Assembly: GCA_046563655.1 (NCBI GenBank)
Contig: JAJCTO010000009.1
Coordinates: forward strand, 992,001 to 1,056,000
Source of the DNA: Yuukianura sp. NJ FZ-2021
Taxonomy: Eukaryota
Direction: 5' to 3'
Length of the DNA: 64,000 nucleotides
Made by a program: the position numbers and the translations under genes. The notes beneath the pieces are model-generated. The model searched no databases, was not told where the DNA came from, and saw only the letters and a program-made list of their open reading frames with translations. Shown piece by piece: positions 35,003-45,441 of the stretch (positions are counted from its first letter, which is position 1; the number at the start of each line of letters is the position of its first letter).

Positions 35003-35882
35003 ATGAGTTTAATTGGAAACGAAACTTCATTTTATGTTACTTTACAATCTAATGCTTCCATGGACATTTTCCCTGGAAATAAAATTTCCGATTTTAAAAA
35101 TCGGCTTGGCTCTCCAATTTCTCTTCCACCAGGTCAATGGCAAGTAGCTTTAACAAGTATAAGTTACACATACGGTAGCCCATTCATAAGAAAAGGAGAT
35201 GTTTTATTTGAAAAGAAGAAGAGTGAAGGATCTACTTTGGAAACACCTACTTCAAAAATTATATATTTACATAAAGAAAAATCTTTAGAAACAACACATG
35301 TGGAAATGAAGGAGGCTTGTTGTACCAACAACTGTTCTCATACCACCATCACCTCCAATCTCATCTTACAAAGATATAACTACAGAATCTGAACTACTTC
35401 ATGTACTACATACACAAATTGATGGAAGTACTTTTGAGATTGATGGAAATACATTTTCTTATAATATTCCACTCGACCAAACAGAAATTTTAGAATTTTC
35501 TCCAAAATTATGTGATATTCTTGGTTTAAGTTCTAACCAACTTAACTACTCTCATGAAAATTCAAATGGAAAAAGAATTTTTAGTGGCAAAGGAACAATG
35601 CCAATGTTTTTAAATTCTGGAAATACTAAATTATTTATATATTGTCCTTTAATTCGACCACAATTTGTTGGACACGTGATGGTTCCATGCCTCCGCGTGA
35701 TTGATTATGATGGAATTACTGGGAAACAGAAAACACATGAATTTATACATCAATTCTTTTACGATATAGCAGTGTCAGAATTTGAAGTAATACACATATA
35801 TATACGCAATGAAGTTTCTGAACCAGTTGCATTTGAATTTGGTAATGTGACTGTTACACTACGATTTCGAGAAAAACGTTAG
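35003..35882 (+). pseudogene. Minor capsid (penton, PX-like) protein, frameshifted
   Basis: FYVTLQSNASM..FPGN..SDF...L...I.L...WQVAL at the N-terminus and LFIYCPLI..Q.VG....P.LR at the C-terminus. Confidence 0.85.
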
Positions 35883-35895
35883 GATTTTTTAAAAA

Positions 35896-36380
35896 ATGAA
35901 ACATTCAGGATTTAGCTGTCGAGTAGATGAGCCGAATCAATTTTTTAAATTAAATTATCATATTCCACAATTTGGATACGGAACAGTAGAACCAAGATTA
36001 TATTTTTCTGGAGTTAGGAGACAAAAAGGGGCTGGACTTGGTGGAGTTTTTGGTACTTTAGCTAGACGATTGTTACCATTTGTTAAACAATTTATACTTC
36101 CACATGCAGCAAAAGCCATTAAAAGGTATTGCTGTTGATGCGATTGGTGGAAATCAAAATATGAAACAGTCTCTTAAAAATCATGGCCTGCAGGCACTTA
36201 AGTCAATGGGACAGGATGTTCTTAGTCAGAGTGGTTTTGGAAGACGAATTCGAAACAAGTCTAAAAAAAACGTACTTTGAAACGTGTAGCTCGTAATAAC
36301 CCCAGACCCCAGAAAAAGAGAAGAGTCAAGAGAAATAAGAAGAAGAATATAAAGTCAAAAAAATTAGATATATTTTTTGA
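35896..36380 (+). pseudogene. Core/PW-like basic virion protein, frameshifted
   Basis: FSG.RRQKGAGLGGVF..LARR.LP, QSGFG and an Arg/Lys-rich tail, located between penton and MCP. Confidence 0.7.
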
Positions 36381-36398
36381 AAAAAAAACAAAACAAAA

Positions 36399-37737
36399 AT
36401 GCCTAAAGTCAAAGCTTCAAAATTAAATTCATCTCATGCTCCCTACACTGTAATCAGATCAGAAACTCAACTTTTTGAAGAACCTGTCTATGATGTTTCA
36501 CTTTCTTCAACTTCAATTTCTGAGTATCATTCAATTTAATTCAATTACTGATTCTCAATCTCCACTTGAATTTTTTATTCAATCAAATCAAGTGGAATTT
36601 TTGGACCTTGCCGAAACTAAACTATATATTAAGGCACGTATTGTTAAAACTGGCAATTCAACTTTAGATGAACCGGATATTGTTATACCAACAAACAATT
36701 TTCTTCATAGTTTGTTTTCACAATGTTCCATTTATCTAAATGAAGTTCAAATCACGCCCGCAAATAATTCCTATGCTTACAGAGCTTATATTGAAACCTT
36801 ATTAGCATATGGAAAAGAATTTAAAAAATCTCAAAGTCAATGTGCATTTTTCTATAAAGATAAAGATCCTAAAAATACGGATGTAAAATTAGAAGGCGGT
36901 TTGAAAACTCGTTACGATTTGGCAAAATCTTCAAATATAATTGAATGTTTGGGACGTCCATTTACAGATATATGTATGCAAAATAAGTATTTAGTTCCTG
37001 GAATTGATGTTCGTGTCTCATTCCTTCGCTCTACTCCTGAATTCTCACTCATATCCACTATAGCTAATGCAAAATATCAAGTTCAAATTTTGGAAAGTAA
37101 ATTAATTGTTCAAAAACAAAGCCTTCTTCCATCTCTACTCACTTCTACTCTTAAAACTTGGGAACAAGGAAGACCAGTTACTTATCCTTTAAAAAGAGAT
37201 GAAGTCAAAACATATACAATTTCACCTGGAACTATAAATAATGTGAATGAAAATCTGTTAACTGGAATTGTACCTGATAGGATTATTTTAGGACTCATTC
37301 CTTCTGAAAATTTTATTGGAACTTTTCCTACTAATCCGTTTGCTTTTGAACATTTTGGACTAAATTATATTCATGTTTGTATAAATGGAGATGGTGGCTC
37401 TAGTCTTCCAGTTCATTGTGATTTTGATGACAATCAATACGTACAGTTGTACAGTAATCTATTCTATGGTCTTGGAATTTCTAATGATGATGTTGGAATT
37501 GATATAAATTGGAGTGAATTTAAATCTAATCCATTATTCGTTTACAACTTGAGACACATAAAAGACGGATTCCCTGCTCCAAAATATGGAAATGTTAAAA
37601 TTGATTTGAAGTTTAAAGAAGCTTTGAAAAAAGCAATTACTGTAATTGTATATTCTGAACTACAGTCAGTGTTACATATTGACAGTTCAAAATCAGTTTA
37701 TTTTAGAGACTACAGTGGATCAACTATTGATTCATGA
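36399..37737 (+). CDS. Polinton major capsid protein (PY/hexon-like), frameshift near 36530
   Basis: ATG at 36399 (SETQLFEEP), then SPLEFFI, FLDLAET, NNFLHSLFSQ, YAYRAYIETLL and NPFAFEHF. Confidence 0.9.
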
Positions 37738-38255
37738 ATACTAATCAAATTTTTTCTCATCTTAACTCCTTTTTATCAAACAAAAATTGTTCATTCGATG
37801 TAATACCATGTGACTTTTTAGACTCTTACTCAATTAGGCAATATCCTTTACTCCTTTGTTGTAATACGGATGAATCAAATTCTCCTGGACAACATTGGAT
37901 TTCAATTTTTAGGAAATCATCTCAAACTCCTCTCATTTTTGTTGATTCCTATGGAATGGGAGTCAACTTTTATAATAAATCTTTTCAAAATTTTGCTTCC
38001 CGCCTAAAAACTTACTTTATAGAAAATACAAAAAGACTCCAAAGTTTCAATAGTACAGTTTGTGGAGACTATTCAATTTACTTTTTATATAAACTTTATA
38101 CCTCTTGTTGTTTAATGTCAATTTATTGTAACTTTAATCGTAATACTTTTAGAAATGATTCAAAAGTCAAATACTTTGTTAGAAAAAAAATTAAATGTAG
38201 AAAATTTGATTCAACTTATAAATCTATTCAATGTTGTCAACCTTTTTTGAAATAA
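37734..38255 (+). CDS. Adenain-like cysteine maturation protease
   Basis: NTD....PGQHW, FVDSYG and LQ...STVCG catalytic motifs; overlaps the MCP stop codon. Confidence 0.92.
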   Translation: MNTNQIFSHLNSFLSNKNCSFDVIPCDFLDSYSIRQYPLLLCCNTDESNSPGQHWISIFRKSSQTPLIFVDSYGMGVNFYNKSFQNFASRLKTYFIENTKRLQSFNSTVCGDYSIYFLYKLYTSCCLMSIYCNFNRNTFRNDSKVKYFVRKKIKCRKFDSTYKSIQCCQPFLK

Positions 38256-38375
38256 ATAAAAAACACAACAGAAATTCCAATTGTCAATGCAAATGCCTTA
38301 AACAAGAGGCTTTTATTTTGTGTTCTTTTCTCTTTTTCAAAAAAAAAGAAGAACACCAAAAAAAAAATCAAATTG

Positions 38376-38806
38376 TTAGTCATGTGGGATTCCAACAAGC
38401 TCTGTACGAAAAGCTTCCATCTCGTTCAAACAATTTTGAAGGCACTCTGCCAATTTAGTAACCTCACCCCTGTTTGAACGCAGATAAATGTTGTTGAGAC
38501 GACGCATGACGTACGGAATGTTTCGTACTTCAAAATTTGTTGTCTTTCCAAGCCGTTTCATGTAGACCCAAGTAAATGGAGTTCCACGGTACATGACCTC
38601 ACGACTCCACAAGTTTAATTTCCTCTCCTCATCATCCCACACAGTCAAATCCTCAATCTCTTCACCACCTCCTGCAGCAACATTTTCCTTTTCTTCTCCT
38701 TTTTTAGAAAAAAAAAACTATTAAAAACTTAACAAAAGTTTCAAATTAGTTATTTTCTCTTACCTCCTGAAGGTAGTTCAGGTGTATTGGGTGGTGCCTG
38801 AGACAT
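38376..38806 (-). CDS. Small two-exon accessory gene of unknown function
   Basis: ATG at 38806; GT-AG intron 38763-38699 restores the frame (MSQAPPNTPELPSG-GEEKE...); TATAAAA upstream near 38885. Confidence 0.65.
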
Positions 38807-38995
38807 GGTTTAACTTTTGATTCTTAAAGCAGAAAGTGTCGAGAGCAGAATGATGAGCTTTGTGAACAAAACTTCCTCCTTTTATACTAAATTCGCTTCT
38901 CCAACCTCACCCCACTCCCCCCCACTTCCAAAAGAATACTATTTTTTTTCTTGCAACAGAAACTTCTAGGGACTTTTAGTTATACATTTATTCAT

Positions 38996-40604
38996 TCAAT
39001 ATTCATCGTTTGGTACATGTGGAAGTGGATTAAAACTTTGATGATAATCGCTTTCAATACCTAACAATTCAGAAATGAAATTTTGTTTCACCAAATTATT
39101 TTTAAATTCAAATTCCAGTTGAAATCCGTTCAGAACTTCTGATCCCATCCGACTCTCCTCCATATCTTCAATATCATGCCAAATTCCTAGCCTCCGTGAA
39201 CAGCATAAGATGCGCTTCCAGCATTCCTTATCAACTAGGTAACTTTCCCTTGTCCGTTGACTTACTCCAGAAATTAACAACACCTTCAGCTCTTCCACTT
39301 CTGTTAGTATATGAATTAATACTTCATGATCAATTCCACAGTTGAAATCAATTGGACTTCCAATTCGATCTAATTTTAAATAGTACAAATACTTAAGTGC
39401 TGAAAGAGTTTGCATTAAATCCCTTCTAGCAATACTACAACCTTTTAATTCCAGAAACTGAAGAGATTCTGGAAGTGTGGGCTTAAATGTTATCCGATTA
39501 TATGGTTCAAACCCACCTTCACCTAATCTAAACCTAGTATGTACATGTGGTAATACTTCCAAGGTCAACTCTCTCAAATTTATCATTTGAGAGAGTTCCA
39601 AAATTCTAAATGGTCCCCTCGGAGTAATTGAAATATTACTCAGGTTTAACACCTTCAAAGTAGCTAGACTCCTAGATACAATAGTACTTAACCGATTTAA
39701 ACTAATTACGTCTAATTCTATTCTAATAGTTTCAAATGAATTTGGAATTCTACAAATGTTCCACCACAATGACACCATAGTTGGATGAAAATAATATAGA
39801 GGGGCACATACTACAGAAATATTTTTCAAATTTGGAAAACTACAACTAATTGTACCGGTAAAGTTACATGGAGGACAGTAAAATGGTGGTGGTTCACAAT
39901 CAACCTCAATTGTTACTAAAGTCAAACGATTATTAATAATAAACTCAAAAAAGTTGCGAACACATTTTTCAGAAAACGGGTGGCAAATGGAAAAACGTTT
40001 AAGATTTGGAAAACAAATACTTTTACCCAGAAATCTAGCAACAGGTCCACCTACACCTACAAGTTGGTTGCGGCTGCTTGTATCAATAAAGTTAGAGTTG
40101 AATTCTAAACTAGTCAACTTATTTAAACCAAAGCACATTCGGTCTAAAATCTCCTCACCCAACTCTTCAACAAACATTAAAAATAAAAATTTAACTGAAT
40201 TTACCATTGAACATTTTTCTAAAGCTTCCCTGATACAGTCGTGGCTCACTGGACCTGAAAACATAATGCTTTTGACGAGATGCGGATACTTCAATGGTGG
40301 TAAAAGTGGCTCCGCAGTTGAAGATAATTGCAGAAATTTGATTTTCCTGTCTTTGTAAAACTCAACCGTGGACGGATGTGGATGAAACATAGTCCACATC
40401 CCGACAGAATCAATTGCCTCTTGACATGTTCTCGAAACAGACCTCATTGTCTTATGGTCGTCATTTCCCAGAAATGACAAAATAACTTCAAATACCTTCA
40501 AACAAAATATCAAAAAATCAACGTATCTTCTTGTCAAAACCTAGATTCTGTTATTTTAAAAGAAAAAAAAACTCTACCTCCAATGGTAAATCTGCAAAAC
40601 TCAT
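38996..40604 (-). CDS. F-box / leucine-rich-repeat protein (two exons)
   Basis: Intron 40577-40496 gives MSFADLPLEVFEVILSFL...MRSVSRTC (F-box), followed by LxxLxL repeats (FPNLKRFSI, LKVLNLS, LRELTLE, LQFLELK). Confidence 0.8.
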
Positions 40605-40772
40605 TTTTCTTTTCCAAAAGTTCAAAGAAAGTGTAAACTAAATCAGTGAAAAAAAGACAAATTTTATTTGGTTCAAAATTCTGAACAAGCAGCACTATTT
40701 ATTCTCTTTCCAACTTTTTTTTTATACAATACATGAGGGGTAGGAGACCCAGAATTTAAGAAAAAAAATTAC

Positions 40773-41430
40773 TTATTCTGGTGGCTTTGACAAATCAATT
40801 ACCATAACCTCCTCTTCCTCCTCCTCTTCCTCCTCCCCCTCGTCATATCTATTTAGGGTTGGTGGGATTCCCTTACCCTTGTCAGTACAACGAAACATCA
40901 TAGGAACTAACTCTTTGTTCCCGTCCCCAACCTGAACCTGATCATCGGTGTTCTCAACCACCGTAGCAGATCCAGCAGCAGCAGAAGGTGGACGTGTCGC
41001 TTCATAATTTGGCTCACCCACCCCCAGCTTCTTACGAAGCGAGGGCATCCAAGCCTTCCCACCGACTTCAGCCCATGGTCTTTTTACTCTAGGACCACAA
41101 TTAGCGTGTGCAAAACTCACACTGTTATAAATCGGTGGGAACGTAGAAGCTCCTGGCTTGAAACCTGGACGTACGCTCAAATTTGGCAGCGTAAGTAGTT
41201 GTGCGAGCTCTGGTGGCCTCTCGGCTTGGGCAGCACTCGTATTTGGACATGCTGTCAACTTAGGTAGAATCATCCTACCAGTCAGGGGAGGCGGGGGTGG
41301 GGATGGCGGCTGGGAAGCAGCACGTGGGACCGTGATTGGTCCGAATTCTATTGCTTCAGCCGCAGTTGGTTTCGGCTCTGCCCCAGAGTTTCCCTGATTC
41401 ATCAGACTGGCCAGCACACTCGATCTTAGG
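40773..41430 (-). CDS. Terminal exon of a Pro-rich protein ending in an acidic tract and VIDLS
   Basis: Open frame ending EEEEEEEEEVMVIDLSKPPE; may be the last exon of the upstream RING gene. Confidence 0.6.
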
Positions 41431-42038
41431 TTACTAAAACAAAAATGCAATCAACTAATCAGTTCCACCTTAGGTTATGTAATAATTTATGAAAATGAGC
41501 ATTGAATTAAAGCAAGATTTACCTTGATTGAAGTAATCGTGCAAATGTAGCTTTAATTGTCACAAGCTCCAACTCGTGTTTTCTAGTTAATTCCAGAATC
41601 CGAGCATCCCTTAAAAAAATTTACAAAATACAATTCTCTTTTCTCCAACAGTTTTAATAGAATTTAGGGAAAATGTAATTTTGTTTAGTAACCTGGTACT
41701 AATTGCAGTTTTAATTTCTTCTCGGAGGTGAGTCTCCTGAACGTGGGCCCCTTGAAGCTGTCCATTTAAGTTAACCAAATCAGCTTTCAAACGAGTAATC
41801 TCAGCTAATTGGCTTTCCCTAATATCCCAACAAAACTTTGTTGAATTTAATTAATGAATTTTTTACGAGTAATAGTAACCAGACTTCAACTTACGCATCC
41901 AACTTTGCCATCAGATCTTGAATTCTTCTGCACGTCAAGTGCATTGCAGAAGTCACGGCATTCATAGCTTGACTAAAAGAAAAGAAGTCAACAAATGTAT
42001 TATTGTGACATTACACATAATTCCTATTTTTGTATTTA

Positions 42039-42520
42039 CCCCGTCACCAAATAGTCCCCAGATCCAAAATTCAACATTATCCGAAATCCGTTGATGGTGT
42101 GACCCACAGATAAGATTGCGGCACCGCATGATGGAGCAGGAGCCGGAAACGGACATGGTGTGCTAAATTTTTTTTTAAAATTTCATCAACTCCACTTAAT
42201 TTATTACACATAAACCTAATCTGGTACAAATCAATCTAAGTTTAATACCTTCGGTGTTCCCGGTCAACATTCAAAATGTTGTTGACCGCAACTATTTTTT
42301 CATCAGACATCGCCTGCAAAAAAATATAAATATTACTTGTTATTATTTTGTTGTAAAAACATAATTTCTATTAAGCTTATTACAAGAATATAACTTACCA
42401 GTGGAATACGTGGTAACACTCAGTTACCCAAACGGTAGCATGTGCCCCCTCAACTTGGACAAAAGCCGGGTTATTGTCCACAATTGAGTAGTTACACAAA
42501 GAACAAATTGCCACGGGCAT
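42039..42520 (-). CDS. Spliced RING-H2-like zinc finger exons
   Basis: Exon 42520-42399 (MPVAICSLC...TECYHVFH), exon 42313-42249 (WRCL..) and exon from 42162 (TPCP...SC); needs one extra base in the A-run near 42297. Confidence 0.55.
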
Positions 42521-43366
42521 TGCTACTAGCTCAAAACTTCAAACTAAATTGAAGTTTAACTTGTTGAACTGAATTGGATTTATAGATTCCAGAATCCTAT
42601 GGAATATCATTGTAGTTCACTTTACATGCAAAGTTATGAAAAGAGACTCAGAAGACAATGTTCCAGAAAAACCGTTAAGAGATCACATTCATAATAATTG
42701 CTTCATTCCCAAATCCACATCTTCTCTTCCACATCTTACAAAAATTCAAACTTGTAAGTACAGATGGATTAGAACAAAGACAAACAAGGGGGGAACTAAT
42801 TCTTTCATTTGACATTTAACAAAACAAAAAATAACAAACTATAGTTCACATAATTCCTGAAATTTTTTTTTCAGAGCTTCTTCGACTAAAACCATTTTAC
42901 AATTTTGTGTTGTCTACTTTTCGCTGAACAACACTGTACATTTATTAACATATAATTCCAGACCTACTTGGATTTTATTTAAACCAAATTAGAAGAAAAA
43001 AAACTAATTATAGTTGTAGTATTCCACACGTTCCTCCTTCTTGGCTCCAAAGCCCCTCCTGTTTTGAAAATTTCTGAAGTCCTCATCTACCTGCTGTTTA
43101 CAAATTCAAAATATGAACTAAAATATCAGCATAAGCTCAACCTAACTACAACATAATAAACACATACAGCTGATAGAATTCCATTCCCGCTCACTCCAAG
43201 TCCTTGACCCTGAATCCACCCCATTGCTGTCATCATTTTAAGAACTCGCTTCCTAATATGTCGAGGGCTAAACAATTTTAATCAAACAGAAAACATTCTA
43301 AGTAAAACCAAAACTTTTGAGTTTTCACACAAATACTTAACCTTAGAATTTCGAAAAAAAACTTAC

Positions 43367-43548
43367 TTCTTAAGAATGCTCGCGAATGTTGGCGTTCTTT
43401 GAATAAGCTCCGCAGCTACACCGTCTTCAGATTCTTTTACAAACACTTTTACGTTTTGTTGTAAAAAAACGTTGACTTCGTGTCCCTTGGGAAAACGTGT
43501 TTCAAAATTTTTTAAACTAAAATTATGGCATGTAGACAAGTTTTCCAT
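43367..43548 (-). CDS. First exon of right TIR-proximal accessory gene (paralog of the left-end gene)
   Basis: MENLSTCHNFSLKNFETRF...VFVKESE ends at a GTAAGT donor. Confidence 0.5.
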
Positions 43549-44319
43549 TTTTCTAGACTGATCATACTTTTATTCTAGACATCTTTCAGTTAGGATTCCC
43601 AACACTTTTTATTGCTATATGTTTTTACTTAGCTTCTCATTTACAAACATTTAGAAACTGCACAGATGCAGTATGTCATTATTTTTTTCTAAACCATAGC
43701 AGCGTATGCTTAGATCACAAAGTGTCAACTTTGACATCGTATGTCAAGACACAAGATTTATTGTTTTTGACTTTTCAAGACTAATGGGAGACCCATTATT
43801 TTTAATGTGTAGATTCTCGCCTTTCTTCACACACATTACAACAACAGACAAAAGCCAGCATAGAAACACATACAAAAAATGTAAACTGTCATACAACTTA
43901 CAATGATTATTTATATTTTTCACTTACATCACAAATAATACATATTTTTTTTTAAAATAGCGGTTTACCCAGAACAAAATTTTTTTCCCTAAAAAATTAC
44001 ATTGTCATTTCAACTTTTTCTGTATGAAATGTATCATGTCAAAATTCTGTTTTTTTTTTAAATTAAACATTTTCCATTCTTTGCGGACAAACACCGACAA
44101 AAGCAAAGTTAGGTTGGTGTGGAGATGTATCATGTCAAACTTCTGTCTTTCTTTTTTAAATAGAATATATTCTAACCTTTGACAAAGTAGCGACAAAGAC
44201 AACGTTCCGTCTCATTTTTTGTCTGTGGAAATCTATCATGGTGGGAAAGGGGTGTGGGGGATGCATTTTTGATTTGACTCAACATCCACAGAATCCTCAA
44301 CTCCAGAATCCCGATGAAA

Positions 44320-44409
44320 CCACACCCTCCACAAAAGCATGTTTCAGCTACCAAAACTGAGATGGAAAGTCCCATCTCCTGCTTCACGGGCTAAATCAAG
44401 ATTACTACT
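44320..44409 (+). repeat. Polinton right terminal inverted repeat
   Basis: Ends ATTACTACT; matches 9480-9569 and is inverted relative to 18023 onward. Confidence 0.92.
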
Positions 44410-45012
44410 TACGTGACCGAAGACCAGAATGACTTAACTCCTTTGACACCAGCGATGTTCATCACTTGTCTACCAGAAACGGAGTTCCCAGAGGGACAAG
44501 TGGTGAGTATTCCTTCAATTCAAAAACGTAAACAAAGTTTATTCAAGTTGCAGGAAGAATTACGGAGCAGATTCCGGAACGAGTACCTCTCCCAACTCGT
44601 ACAACGGGGAAAAGAAAAAAAGACGCGTTCCTTTCGAATCGGAGAAGTCGTCCTCGTGGAAATGGAGCATCAGAAGCGTGTACTTTGGCCTTTAGGAAAA
44701 ATCGAAGAACTAATCACTGGGAAAGATGGCGAGATACGAGTAGCCAAGGTTAAGACAAGTACAGGAGTGCTCATTCGTCCATTACAGCGTCTTTTCCCAC
44801 TCGAGGTTGGACCAGAAGAGATTCTCCAGACGCCCACGACTGCAGATATCGAGGACCCTGAAGTGACGCTACCGGCTCAGATGCAAACTGAAGAAAACGA
44901 GGCCACTGACGAGCACGATGAAGACGAAGCGGATCTAGTAGTTCCGCCCCCAGCGACAACACGGACTCGATACGGAAGAATGGTTCAAGCACCCAAGCGA
45001 TTTGGAAATTAG
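44410..45012 (+). CDS. pol: BEL integrase C-terminal fragment
   Basis: YV-TEDQNDLTPLTPAMF, RFRNEYL, WPLG.I..L..GKDG.IR, RPLQRL.PLE and TRYGR motifs. Confidence 0.92.
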   Translation, partial: YVTEDQNDLTPLTPAMFITCLPETEFPEGQVVSIPSIQKRKQSLFKLQEELRSRFRNEYLSQLVQRGKEKKTRSFRIGEVVLVEMEHQKRVLWPLGKIEELITGKDGEIRVAKVKTSTGVLIRPLQRLFPLEVGPEEILQTPTTADIEDPEVTLPAQMQTEENEATDEHDEDEADLVVPPPATTRTRYGRMVQAPKRFGN

Positions 45013-45100
45013 TCAGTGATTTTGCCAAGGGTTTTAGGTTATGTTAATTTAAGGCTTTGTTTCATTTTTTAAGTTAACGTTAAAATGAAAGGTGGGAATA

Positions 45101-45441
45101 TTTTGAATATAATGTTAGGTTGTAAGGCTATTTCGTTTCTTGCTTCTGGGTTTTAGTCCAACCCCTCCCATCTACCTATACTTTTTTTATCATTTTTACT
45201 TATAAGAAAACAAGTTCCGTTTTGACCGTTGACGAGGTAGGATCTTCATGCCCAGTCAGTCTTATCACTTTTACTGTACCTTTCATTGACGGGAATTAAA
45301 CAATAAGTGTTCATTGGTTATTGTCGAGTGTCAGTCATCCAGTTATTTGCATGTTCAAACGTTCATCCGAAGAACTAAGGAAGTGACCTGTCGACGGGTA
45401 GTTGCTGGCGCTTCTGTTGGAATCTGAGTCGATATCCAACA
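45101..45441 (+). repeat. BEL 3' LTR (341 bp)
   Basis: Two visible differences from the 5' LTR, one being TG to TT at the start. Confidence 0.95.

Larger units (their letters stand above)
18023..44409 (+). mobile_element. Polinton/Maverick, near-complete copy (arm B), missing the first 35 bp of its left TIR
   Basis: pPolB, ATPase, integrase, minor and major capsid and protease genes; right end ...ATTACTACT at 44409, followed by TSD TACGTG. Confidence 0.96.
44410..45441 (+). mobile_element. BEL/Pao retrotransposon, 3' part
   Basis: Integrase C-terminus, purine-rich tract AAAATGAAAGGTGGGAA, 3' LTR, then TSD CTTGG (45442-45446). Confidence 0.95.
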
